DNA of 62,397 nucleotides, the filler included, from Diploschistes diacapsis (Eukaryota): NCBI GenBank assembly GCA_023645945.1. It is 6 parts of 6 records of this genome, joined end to end, with 100 filler letters (N's around TTAATTAATTAA, not from the genome) between each part and the next. Parts side by side here need not be neighbours in the genome. Positions count along the whole stretch, not along the records: positions 19,930 to 26,440 come from JALAIB010001379.1; positions 26,541 to 55,788 come from JALAIB010000138.1; 4 more parts are not named here. One strand, written 5' to 3'. Shown here one piece after another: positions 24,758 through 37,100 of the stretch (the stretch's first letter is position 1; every line of letters begins with the position of its first letter). The translations under genes were made by a program, and so were the position numbers. The notes under the pieces were generated by a model. That model was not told the origin of the DNA, searched no databases, and worked only from the letters and a program-made list of their open reading frames with translations.

Positions 24758-26440
24758 ATGGTGGGTACTATGGACATTACCAAGGATGAGCTCTCGTCAC
24801 ATCCCTCGAACGAGGAGCAAGATGAGAAGATCATCGCTGGCGCACCCGGCGTCGTAGTAGTGCCTGAAGACCCGGCAGCGCCTTCAAGGGATGTCTCCTC
24901 TAAGCGACAGAGTCTGAGTGATATCTTCACAATTGTACGTGTATCCTGCAGCCAAAACTTAGTGCTCTACTGACTTACCCCCAAAGTTCGCGGCCGGCTT
25001 CGCTCTGATATCCGACGGTTACTTCAACAACTGTATCTGTCCCTTGTTCTATACCTCCATTCAGCGCTAACGCTCCCAGTAATGACGATGGTTAACGTTG
25101 TCCTCAAAGCCGAGTACCCCAAGGACTACACCCCCTACATCTCCACGCAAGTCAGCAACGCCCTCCTCGTCGGAGAGATCTTGGGACAAATCACCATTGG
25201 TCTAACTTGTGATTACTTGGGCCGCAAAGCTGCTATCGTGATCACGACCGTCATGATCATAGTTGGCGGAATCCTTTCTGCGGCCGCGAGCGGGTACACC
25301 ACGCTCGGCATGTTCTGGATGCTTACAGTCGCGCGGGGAATTACCGGATTCGGAGTGGGAGGCGAGTATCCCGCTAGCTCGACGAGTGCGAGTGAAGCAG
25401 CGAACGAGCACACGCTAAAGCAGAGAGGACCGATTTTCATTCTCGTGACCAACCTGCCACTAAGCTTCGGTGGACCGTTTGCGGTGATCGTGTTCTTGAT
25501 AGTGCTTTCCGCTGCTGGAGCGACGCGGTATTCGACCATCTGGAGGGTGTGCATGGCTATTGGGTGTATCTTTCCATTGAGCATATTCTACTTTAGGTTG
25601 AAGATGCTGAATTCGAAGCTCTATCGGAGGGGGGCGATCAAGAAGAAAGTACCGTATGGGCTGGTACTGAGATATTACTGGAAAGATCTGATTGGGACTT
25701 GTGGAGCTTGGTTTCTATATGATTTGTGAGTCCATTTTCGCAGAGCGGTTGAACAATCTTTCTGCGTATCGTTGCATTAGAGATTAATAAGCACTCAGCA
25801 TCACCTTCCCCAATGGCGTCTTCTCGGGAACCATCATCTCGTCCGTTGTACAAAACTCGAACATACTCAAGACCGCTGAGTACCAGCTCCTCCTCGGCAC
25901 AATCGCCCTTCCTGGCGTCTTCATTGGCGCTTACCTCTGCAACAAAATTGGCCGTAAAAACACCATGATGCTCGGCTTCAGCGGCTACCGTAAGTCCCAT
26001 CCCTCAATCGCCCTTCTCATTCCAGAACTAAACTCTCTCCAGTCGTGTTCGGCCTGATCATTGGCCTATCCTATTCCAAAATCACCAAAATCGTCCCCCT
26101 CTTCGTCGTTTTCTACGGCCTCATGCAGTCCTCCGGCAACCTCGGGCCAGGCGACATGCTGGGCCTAATCTCATCCGAGTCCTACGCCACCGCCGTCCGC
26201 GGCACCTGCTACGGTTTTTCTGCGGCAATCGGCAAGACCGGCGCGGCCATCGGCACCGAAGTTTTCACGCCCATTCAAAACAGCCTGGGCAAGAATTGGA
26301 CATTTATAATAGCAGCGATATGTGGAGTGGTGGGCGTGCTGGTGACGTTTTTCTTCGTGCGGAACCTGACGGGTGCGGATCTGGCGGAGGAGGACGAGAG
26401 GTTCAGGGCGTACCTGTTGAGCCAGGGGTGGGTGGGGGAG
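24758..26440 (+). CDS. GIT1: MFS glycerophosphoinositol/glycerophosphocholine permease (Git1-like), 3' end truncated by contig end
   Basis: AAGFALISDGY, CDYLGRK, RGITGFGVGGEYP..SASEAANE, GTCGAWFLYD, FPNGVFSG, NLGPG, RGTCYG.SAAIGK. Confidence 0.85.
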
Positions 26441-26540
26441 NNNNNNNNNNNNNNNNNNNNNNNNNNNNNNNNNNNNNNNNNNNNTTAATTAATTAANNNN
26501 NNNNNNNNNNNNNNNNNNNNNNNNNNNNNNNNNNNNNNNN
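26441..26540. other. Artificial contig spacer
   Basis: N44-TTAATTAATTAA-N44. Confidence 0.97.
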
Positions 26541-26745
26541 AAAGGAAATCGAAATCTATACGGATTATTAAAACTTATTAAAGGTTACGATTACGAAAAG
26601 ATGAAATCCACGATAATTTAAATAATTAAAAATGCTCGAACGATATCGATTTACGATTAAACGTATTATTAATAAAATTAACGAAAGAACCAACGTATTT
26701 AATAAACGATCAAAGTATCCATATAAAAAATGCCTAATATCCGGC
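26541..26745. repeat. AT-rich RIP-like repeat relic at contig start
   Basis: AT-rich with retained CpG, same texture as 1-580. Confidence 0.6.
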
Positions 26746-26764
26746 TATATTCGTTACTCCGTAC

Positions 26765-27090
26765 TTAATCGGAACCAATTCCCCAGTCTTGATCTCGCTC
26801 GAGGCCGTGGCTTTGCTTCTGGTAGGTGTGAGGAGATTTAAGCGGCCAACCTATGGGTACTTTCAGTACGAAATCCTTGTCTTCGATCTTAAAACATTGA
26901 CCATGTCGTTCTCGCCCCAAACCCAGGCAGTAGGAACTCCTTCGGGAGCATATTTCGCTTGGGGCACATCCTTCCGTCGTGGGAACTTTGTTGACTCGGG
27001 ATCGAATGGAATGGCTGTAGCGGTCTTGTTGATGGTGAGGAAGTCTCTAATTTGTGTTCATCTGCTTTGAGCTGTAGTGCTACCTGTCAT
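26765..27090 (-). pseudogene. Putative cyclase (kynurenine formamidase-like) family gene, 5' fragment interrupted by AT-rich repeat
   Basis: IPFDPESTKFPRRKDVP..APEG..AWVWGENDM, intron 26851-26901, then VGRLNLLTPTR..SEIKTGELVPI, which is the typical fungal cyclase N-terminus. The next intron runs into RIP-like DNA. Confidence 0.7.
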
Positions 27091-29372
27091 AGTCCAAGGG
27101 TGTGAGAACAGAAGGAAAGCGCAAAGAGATGATGTGAATGGGAATTGATCAAGGGGTCAATTCGAGTAGCAGGAAACTCTGTTTCATGCGGACGTCGTAC
27201 CTTGAACACCCCGCATTCCGCGGTAGAGTGAAGAGACTCCATTACGTAGCTTCGGACTTCCACTGCGGGAGATGGGTAGAGGGAAGCCATCTATCTTGCT
27301 TTTTGCCGCGGCATCTTGCCAGGTCTGGGATGGGCTTGATCTCCGGCTGCAAGGAGAACCCCAAGATCCTGCGATACTGCATTGAAACCCGAGTGGTTAT
27401 TTACTGTCAGATATCGTGAAGAAAATGATCGATTACCTTAATTAGGTGGAGAAAAAGAGCCGAGATAGGGTAAACCCTAACCCCCCAATTTATACCAGCG
27501 CTCTTTACATCAATATACTAACCTCCTACGCTTTCGAGAGTAATTGCACCTTATCTCGCATCTGGTTGAAAGATTCAATATTTCAGCCTGATAACCAAGA
27601 TGCCACTCGTCTTAGCTACTTTCCTACCGTGCATCCGTCAGCGGGGCCCCTCGACATCGATGCTTCTCAAAGCTCTTCCTAGACCCCAAACACAAGTGGT
27701 CCTGGCTGTGATTTCCGACTTCGTATGTCACCTAAAGCATGCGTGGGCCTGCGCAAGTGAATGGTGCTTGTCTAGAAGAACATGGTCTAACGACTGAGTA
27801 AGGCTTCATATGTTGGGTCAGCACAAATAATGAGCCACCGCCAACAAAAGCCTTGCCAGGAATTCCTTTCAATTGCATTCCAGGCCAAGCAAACATAATC
27901 TGCATACTGCACTTCATTGATTTTCTCTCAAGTTAATGACCTTCTATCAGTTCTAGAATATGTGTCAAACAAGTGTGAAGTCTCTTTTTCAAGTAATTGT
28001 ACATAACGTCTTCTCTTATACACCTACTGTCTCCGTTCCTTCTCTTGAGCATTTCAACTATGTTCAGAGCCGCCACAACATATGACTTTTGTGTTTCTTT
28101 CAGGGTGCTCGTGTTCTTCATCAAGCCACAACATTTGCCCTTCTAAAGGTTTCAACCATAGTCACATACTGAAACATGTTCGGGGCCCATTGTCATCCAG
28201 CAGCATCCCCACATCTCAAACAACCTTCTCATCCACCTTTCGTTCCTTGAATTTTGCACACCGACCCCTTTGATACCAGTCAGATCCTCTTCGGGTTTCC
28301 ACAAGCCCTTCAATCTTGACAGGCTCCAGGACTGCATGGTGCTTGATACCCTTCGGACTCTGCTCCATCATGTAGCCGCTCCAGCAACCAATATATTACT
28401 AAAGCTTCAGACGTTTTAGCAATGAGCTCCATCTTCAATGTCATGAATCTCAACTTCAAGCGGTTGGGTTATTAGTTCGTCATTGTGTCTGTATCAGCTG
28501 CTCTGCCGCCGGGTCCAATAGATATTTTATCAATAAGCATTGCGGCAAGCTATATATCACTAAAAAGCGTCGAAAGCTCCTCGTTGATAAGGACTTCCTC
28601 CAAGTTAAGATTACTTGTTCTCCACTGCGGCTTCTTCACTTGATGTAAGATACTTCCAACAAGCTGGATATCTGCTTATCCTGCTCAAAGTACTGTTACT
28701 AATTTCCCTTGCAGGATATGGGGATCAAGCCCAGTCATATCGCTTTTAGGAACCTTGTCCGGAACTGCAAACCAGTCTGCTTTCGCTTTCTTGTCGGACA
28801 CGTATATAAAGGTATATGTATTATATTCCATTCGTACTACAACGCGGCCCCATAGCAATCATGCTGAACGGTGCTAGGGCACAGTCAGACTGGGCCGAAT
28901 CCTTCGGCCAGGCCAATCACGTGCCATGGTAGTGTCCTACAGCTCCAGTGGTTCGCAATAGTTTAGTCATTTCCGCTCACGACAATATCTTGAGTGGTAT
29001 CAATACGGAAACAGTGGAACATATGCTACGCTTCCTAGGGTCAGTAGATGCACTGACGCGACACCCAGCGGTAAAATTTTAACTATCCTTCCCAGCAATC
29101 AATCCGCCTTAGCTGCATTTCGACTAACGGCATCAATAGTGTGTCTGTACTCTCAACCTCCATAGCATCTCCATTCCCCTCTGCGGCAACATCACCATCT
29201 CCAACCTCGACATCCTCCTCAAGCTTACCAAAGCGCAGGGCAGGCTGAGAGTCTCCAGTGGCCTCTAACACCTGCGAACAGTACCCCAGGTTTACTCCCA
29301 CTCCAAACAGAATCAGCAACTCATTACTTGCGACGGGACAATCCTAAATAAGCGCAGGTTGTTGGACCGGCC

Positions 29373-32300
29373 TCAAGGCTCAGACTCGATATTGATTCCC
29401 AGCTTCTCCTTCAACAGCTTGACTATTCCTTCGTGCTGATTCATAGTTGCGTGATCTAGCGGCGTAAAACCGTCGTTATCCTTGGAATCTGCTGCCACGT
29501 CATCCCGATCTAATAGCAGCTTTACTACCGCCGTTTGCCCGTATATAGTTGCGAATGATAGGGGTGTCCGACCCTCTTTGTCCTGGCAATCAGCTTCTAC
29601 ATCCTCCCGAGCTAATAGCAGCTTCATCGCTTCTTCCCCGCGCCGAGCTGCGAATGATAGGGGTGTCCGACCCTCTTTGTCCTGGCAATCAGCTTCTACA
29701 TCGTCCCGATCTAATAGCAGCTCTACCACCGCCTCGCGCCCAGACTCGGCTGCCCATAATAGAGGTGTTCGACCATTTTCATCCTGGGAATCTGCCATCA
29801 CATCATCCCGATCTAGTAGCAGCTTTACCACTGCTAAATGCCCATTCCCAGCTGCCCACGATAGGGGTGTTTGACCATTTTTATCCCAGGAAGCTGCCAT
29901 CACATCATCCCGATCTAGTAGCAGCTTTACCACTGCTAAATGCCCATTCCTAACTGCCCACGATAGGGGTGTTCGACCATTTTTATCCCGGGAATCTGCC
30001 ATCACATCATCCCGATCTAGTAGCAGCTTTACCACTGCTAAATGCCCATGCTCAGCTGCCCACGATAGGGGTGTTTGATCATATTCATCCTGGGAATCTG
30101 CCATCACATCATCCCGATCTAGTAGCAGCTTTACCACTGCCGAATGCCCTTTTGCAGCTGCCCACGATAGGGGTGTTCGCCAATGTTCATCCCGAGAATC
30201 TGCTATCACATCATCCCGATCTAGTAGCAGCTTTACCACTGCTAAATGTCCATTCTCAGCTGCCCACGATAGGGTTGTTCGCCAATTTTCATCCCGGGAA
30301 TCTGCTATCACATCATCTCGATCTAGTAGCAGCTTTACTACTGCCGAATGCCCTTTTGCAGCTGCCCACAACAGCGGCGTGCGACCATCTCCGTCTTCAG
30401 GGTTCACCACTGGTTCCGCTTCTAGACATTGCTTTGCAAGACTTGCCAAACCAAAATATGCGGCAAGGTGCATACCAGTGAAGCCGACTGGAGCATAGAC
30501 TAGTTGACGATGAGGAAAAAGTTCTAGCATTAATCTCTGACTGGTGCAAGAAACTCTCCTCTTATCCAATAGGAAGGTCAAAGCCGCGTCGCCAATTGCA
30601 TCTTCCGCTCGAGACGCATGAAGACCCCAATTTGAAGCTGCATATTGAAGTAAACAATGGCTATCTAGTCGAGCTTCGCATTCTTCTTTTGAAAGGCTTT
30701 CATCACTTTCAAACACATCAAATGAGAGATACGTGAGACAAATTTTCGCAATCTGCCTATGAGCACGAGGAAACCATTTGTGCTTCGAACCCCTAAAATA
30801 CTCTTCAACCGTGAAATGTACCAGGCGTATCGTTTCGCTTTCAGGATCGATTGTGACCAGTCCAGCCGAAACCGACACGATGAGTGCTTCCTCTGGTATC
30901 GCTTCTTCGTCCAATTCAGGGTCGCCAAGTTGGGTAGCCAACGCCTCCTTTAGTTCGTCTAATGTTAGAGGTCGGAACGCATTCGATATCCAAGCCAAAG
31001 CAGACATTGCAAGCTCGCTATGCTCCCGGACTTGACCCTGGATACGGCTCATTGCTTCATCATAAGTCTCGTTCAACCTGGTTGGCAGGGAGTCTACAGC
31101 CTTCCGAATGTTACGGATACTTGTTTGACACCCAAGTCGGTCCAAGTGCAGACGTGGTAGTAAGAACCTAGAAAGGTAATCAGCAAGGTTTGAGCCCAAT
31201 CTGGCTTCTCGAGGCATGACTGACATTCCTTGGGCCTTTTCGATTAATCCTTCGACAATCGTATTGGCAAGCTCGGCATCCTCTTGTATTTTGTTGGCAA
31301 AACTAAACTGGGAGGGATTCGCAATTCGCGAACGTATGTATGACTCGATATCCACGTCTGCAGCACGGATGTCAAGACGACGGGATCCCGCTAATTGTTC
31401 TCGGATGACATGATTTTCTCGTGACGTGAAAAATAGCGTGTACCCTTGGGAGGCGCTCTGGTGCTTCTGTAATTTCAGAAGTTCCTGCAGTAGAGGAAGT
31501 TGTAACGCATCTTCCTCGTGCTCGTTCGTGAAATGCTCATCCAAAGCATCTATGAGAATGAAAGATCTCCGGAACGATTTTGGAAAGGACGAAAGTAAGC
31601 TTAGATACTCCGCAAGTGATAATGAGCTTTGACCGTGGCTGTGTGCAGAGTAGAGATTGATGACTTCCTCCGGCATATCTTTCTGCTGCATGACTATCTG
31701 TTTCACTAGGCTTGAGATCAATCTGACGGTTGTCTGATTCGTGCGATCCTTGTAGTCACAATATGCAAAGGATATGGATACATCCTCTTTGACAAACATC
31801 TGTTGGAGGCTTTCGATAACAATCGACCTGTATGCTATCCATTAATCATGCTTGTGACTGAGGAAATACAGTGTGCAAGAGCAGACGTACGTCATGACAG
31901 ACTTTCCTGCTCCGGCTGTCGGTATCGTCAGTCTAAACTGTCGAACAAACATTCGTGTACTTACGGATGCCCGGACACCATAGCGTTGAGGGGGACTCAT
32001 CATGACCATTTCGCCATGCTTTGAAAGCATCTTCATCCAACAGCCACCGTCCTGTACCAGGATGCCGCTTAGAGAGGATGTCCCTTTGCTTCTCGTCGAA
32101 ATTCAAGTTCGAGAGCCATGTTAGGATCTTCTGGTTCTGTTCTAGGTCATGCCATTCTTTTTGTTCCTGCCTCGCTCGCTTTATCTCTTTATGGTTTATC
32201 ACCCCCAGGGTTATGGTATCTATGGATACCATATTGTTGAAAATCTCGCATTGGTGACGAAGTTTGTCTACAGAACTCTGTGCGCGTTTATTCAAGAAAG

Positions 32301-32676
32301 CGCTCTTCAATCTCTCCCATCCCATTCTATGTCCCTTACCCCTCTTCTTCAAATCATCTAACAATGCTTCTAGCTCAGCTTTGCATGATTTGATTGACAA
32401 TGCAGTTTCAGCCGCGGAGGGAGCATCTGGTCCCAAATCCGACAGCAACGCCGACCTTCGATCCTCGAATGCTTCTTTGAAGTCTGGATTCAAAACCAAG
32501 TTTGTATTGGTTTCTGATAGAACGGTTTTGAGGCTTTGAAGCTCCCTCCTGAACCCTTCCACATCTGCGGGTGCATCTTTCCAGTCCAGCCCAAACCCAG
32601 CAACAACCTGAGTGATCTGAATTGCCAATCCAAGAACGCCAACAACCCCAGCTGCGACTCCAAACGCTTCTGCCAT
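29373..32676 (-). CDS. Fungal NLR-like STAND protein: HeLo-like/SesA-type N-terminus, NACHT, ankyrin repeats; 4 exons
   Basis: MAEAFGVAAGVVGVLGLAIQI; RHPGTGRWLL..F..W; P-loop GIPGAGKS assembled across an intron at about 31915-31964; Walker B FILIDALDE; KAQGM|FL; LVHFTVEEYF; 11 ANK repeats. Confidence 0.92.
29400..30485 (-). repeat. Tandem 102-nt (34-aa) ankyrin repeat array
   Basis: ACATCATCCCGATCTAGTAGCAGCTTTACCACTGC recurs every 102 nt. Confidence 0.95.
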
Positions 32677-33719
32677 AATATAGACTGGCAATATTTGATG
32701 GAGTTGCTTTTTCTCTCAACACGTCGGAGGGCGGGGAGTGTAGGTAATGCGTTGGACCTGGGCAAAAAATGATTCTGGAGAGAACAGCATCGAGGGTGGG
32801 GTCTGACGATCTAGCCTGATTTAGGTTGTGGCTTAGAATACCCCATATATAATGCTGCGTTCTACTAGGCAGAAGGGTAGGCAACGACATGACTGGCATT
32901 TTTGTTATCGTCCAATCACAACCATCGCCCTCGAGCATTCTCCAACGTCTTTAGCGAGCTTTGATGACATGTTGTTCGTTACGGGCCATAGTCCAACTCG
33001 GCCGCTGACGATCAATGGTTTATGCCGTTGTGCCTGAAGACCTCGGTTCGGCTGTAAGGCTGACCAATAACCGAACGAATACGCTCTCGCCCCCGTGAAA
33101 GCGTGTCTTTGCACGGCTACCCAACACCCCTCAGGGCAATGAGCGAAGGGGGATTTAAATGAAAAAAACATAGTCCTTTGGTATTAGATAATTATGTATT
33201 AAACAGGGATTGCGCTACGTGTTATCCCAAAAGATAACGCCAAGAGTACCAAGCACGTGAATGAATTGGAGTTTGTGGGTTGTGAGGTCAATGGGTATAG
33301 ATATTTTAATAACGCTCGTACCATTAAGTACGCGTTTGCTTTTAAAATCAACTATTTTTATAATCTACATGCACACATCAAAGATGTACGCGCTTACGGA
33401 CGCAGTGCAGCAATACATAAAACTACTTGGCAGATACACTTTATATGGACAATAAACGGAACAAATAGTGCTCCCGAGACAAACGGAAGAAACTGGTCCC
33501 ACCAAATATATATCGCGATTACCGTCTGGTAACTGCAACCGCACTTTTTTCGTCAACGTCTTACGACCCCCCATAAAGATGCTAAAAAGTCGAGGAAAAT
33601 AAGAATAAAGAAGTTAAAGCTTTTAAAAGTTGCTGGATTTCTCTTCGATTGTTTTCAATGCATTTTCGTATAGATATAAAGGGCGAAAAAGGTATTTTTC
33701 TTTTTATTAAAATGAGAAA

Positions 33720-33756
33720 TGGAGGGGACCTAACTACTTTTGGGCCTAGTACTGTA
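33720..33756 (-). mobile_element. Possible solo Tc1-like terminal inverted repeat bounding an AT-rich tract
   Basis: Minus strand reads TA|CAGTACTAGGCCCAAAAGTAGTTAGGTCCCC, like Tc1-type CAGT..CCAAAA ends. AT-rich DNA lies on its inner side (about 33150-33720). No partner TIR seen. Confidence 0.4.
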
Positions 33757-34154
33757 AGTAGTGCTCCCTATCTGCCTTCATTTGTAAGACCATTCGTGCC
33801 TTGCCCCTGTATCATCAACGGCGATGAACCCGTAATAATGCTTCATCTACTTCTGCGTCTTCTAGCGCAAGAATGGAGCCCAAAGATATTCAGCCCAGGC
33901 GAAAGATATACAGTAGAGCTCTGCTATTCCCGTAGTCCATCCGAGACATGAAGATAGGTAAAAAATGTTGCACCTGAATGGCTCGTAGTAGACCATCGCC
34001 GTAGCTATGCGTTGGACGAGAAGATGAGAAGACGTTCAGTTTCGCTCGCTTCGCCTTCGATACAGCTCTTGAATCAATGACGCCAAAGAGCCCATATGTA
34101 CAAATGAGGGTGTTCTATACAAGCACAATCCATCCAAAGTGCAGTTCGTAGCAA

Positions 34155-37100
34155 TCATCCTAGAACGTCATCTATGCTAGTAATTATCGTCGACTCGCCC
34201 CGTGTTGGTGGGCTTCTAGGATCTCGTTCGAAATCCCGAAGGCTTCTCGGCCCACCCAAAGACGGCTCGGCGAGATCACCCGCGAGCGACTGATGTAGGG
34301 GATTGGCGGTAAACTCTGCCGCTCTCGGCGACAGAATATCGGGTTCGGCATTGTTGTGGAGCGCATTGGAGTCGAGCGAAGGGATGTTGAGGGAGAGACC
34401 GTTGGACAGAGAAAATAGAGGTTGTAACGATCGTTTCGATAACATGCTGTTGAAGCCAGCGGGTAGAGATGGGACAGGGCGCAACGAGCGCCGGGGTGTT
34501 TCACCTGGAAGGCTAAGGTTGGGTGGTGGAAGAGAGTCTCTGCCCTTCGCGGGGTTTTGGATATGTACATTCCCCAACTTTGAGAGATGCAGGGACGGCG
34601 GTGGTAGTGTGTCAGTGTCTCGGGCTTGGGTTTCGACGCGAGAACCGTCAGTAGCTGAAAGATTTGCACTCGGTTGTGGCAAGGAGGACATGTCCTCGGA
34701 TTGATTTTGAACCCTGACCGGTTTAGAGAAGGGCAGCTTTAGCGTGAACGGCGCCTTCTCCACCGATTCAGGTAGTGATGAAACGTCGCTAGCATCCAAG
34801 TCGATTGGATCTTCCTTCGACGATTGACTTGCAGTTGAGTCAAGGCTGGCAGTCTCCTCGTGGTTTGGATAATCGCCAGGTGCTTCGGTCGGTGACCACG
34901 CTGTACCCACGGGTGCGGAAGAGGGTCCGGCATTGGTCGAGTCCATGCTAGGTGCGGTAGCATACTGCGTCCTCTGAGGATCAGAGTGACCTGGATGGAG
35001 TTCCTCCTCCCCTTCGTCTGTGATTGGGGGCATTGTTCCCGCGCTCTGGTGATGTGACATTAATACGCTGTCGGTCATAGTGCGGGAAAGAACCTTTGAT
35101 CCACCTGGCCGCTTTTGCGGCTGAGAGGCAGGGAACTTCTCCGCCAGCAGTTTTTTGAAATCACCCAGCTCGTACATGAAATGCATGTTAAGATCGATGA
35201 ACTTGCTTTGTTTCTTTGCCAGCTCTCGAGCTTCGTCCGGAGACAAACGAGGATTTTTGTAGAGACCATAAGCGACAATGAGACTTGCGGATCTACTCAC
35301 GCCAAGCTGGCAGTGGATCAGAACCCGTTTACCTCGCATCACGCGGTTGTCGATCAGTTCGCATATCCTCAGCCAATCTTCATAGACCTTACTGTTGTGC
35401 TCCCATGGAAGGTGGATGTACTCCGGATCGGCTTGCTCAGGAGGGGCAGCCTTTGGAGTCTCGGGTCCCTCGTCTTCTGATGCCATAGCCTCCAATGCTG
35501 AACTGAAAGACAACGAGGAGGCTGCAGAAGGCGGCACGTCGGGCTCTTTCTCCGGACCTGGAAGGATCGTGCACTGAACCCCGGCGTCCTTGTACCGCGG
35601 TTCGGGCACGACGTTCACCACCTCGGGCCCATCTTGCTCTAGGAAGGGATTAATAACTTCTTTTGCAACGTTAATGATGACGTCGAATTCACGGGCTTCT
35701 TTCTTTGTGGGTTGATGGTATAGGTACACACTCGGGGGATATATACAAATCGGGCCCTCTGGGTAACCTGGTGTTTTGGCTTCTCGGGACAGGGGGAGTT
35801 CGTGCAACGGAGTGGATGGGTTGTGTTCGACAGTGTGGTGTATGACTGAAGAAGATATGGGGCTTTGGAAGGCACTGCGAGGAATGTCCAGGGGAGGACG
35901 GGCTGTCCTCAAGTATGGGCTCGACTCTGTCGAGCCACCGAGGCTCGGAAGTTGCATGCCTCCTTCAGGACCAAAGCTCGGCGTCGGAAGGGTCGGCTCG
36001 TGAGAGTTACCGAACGGTGGTAGTTGCATTCCGCCGCTGGGAGCCATCGAAGGCGAGAACAACGGCTGGCCGTCACCCTCCCTCATATCTGAGAGAGACC
36101 CAAAGGCAGGCGTTTCGGGGACTGACTGGAGCTTCCCGCTCAAGTCACTACCCTTCGAGCGAAGTGGCAGAGGCGCAACCGCTCGTAACGGAGTATCTGG
36201 AACTGATGCATGCGGTCCTTTCGGGTCCGAAGTAGTAATCGTTAGACCCAGCCTGCTCCGACGCGGTGGCTGCATGGATGGGCCGAAGAATGACGGTGAG
36301 GAAGGTTCAGAGAATGGCCGTTCTGCAGGATGTTTCCCAACCTGCGGGAGTCCTGCTGACGTAACGTGACTTGGAATCGCCGTAGGCAATATCCTTGAGT
36401 TCCCACCGGCTGGTAAAGAAGACGCGCTGCATTCGCCGTGCCGCGAAAGCGACGACCTGGCGAAAGCAGTGTTCGGTGCTTGTCTTGTGCTGATGCCGGT
36501 TGTATTTATTGACAGATTCTTGCTGTTCCGAGGTTTTTTGCTTGGCGATCCGGACTGCTCACCTTGTTGGGTGGACGCCGGTGTCATTGATCCAAACCGG
36601 GCTGCCTCCATTGACGGATTACGTGGCGCTTGAATCGAATCTTTGCGGTTTCTCAAAGAGGGGAGTAACAGGTTTGGAGATTCTGGGGACGAGCTCGGAG
36701 AGGGTTCGGTGAGTGTAGAGTCCATTGTTGAAATGGTTGTCGTGGGCGACGGTTCCGTCGATTCCGTTCTGGCCGTAGCGGAGGACCCCCGGCGGATATG
36801 AGAGACGGAAAGCGCACCCTGATGGGTCGTTGCGCGGGTGAGCGGTTGTGCCCGCGATGACGGACGGGAACTTGAACTCGAGTTGTTCGACCCTATGCCA
36901 CCATTCTTCTGACTTGCCCCTTCGCTCCCAAATACCGACATAAACGTAGGCAGAGAAGATAGTAAAGATTGCGACCCTGCCGCCACAGGCATAGCTGTTG
37001 CGCTGGGAGTGCTCCGCCTTGTTGAGATTACGGCGCGCTTCCGAAGCGACGCTAGGGTGGGTTCGTTCAAACAGACCGCCCAGCAGTCTTGTTGTCCGTT

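Noticed and set aside
7712..26440. P450, methyltransferase, PTH11-like receptor and MFS transporter as a secondary-metabolite cluster
   Set aside because: They lie on three unlinked contigs, and no PKS, NRPS or terpene backbone gene is present.
29400..30485. CRISPR-like array
   Set aside because: The 102-nt period is in frame within a eukaryotic ankyrin-coding exon; there are no unique spacers or cas genes.
26541..33756. Starship giant transposon
   Set aside because: No DUF3435 captain or recognisable boundary motif is visible; NLR-like cargo alone is not enough.
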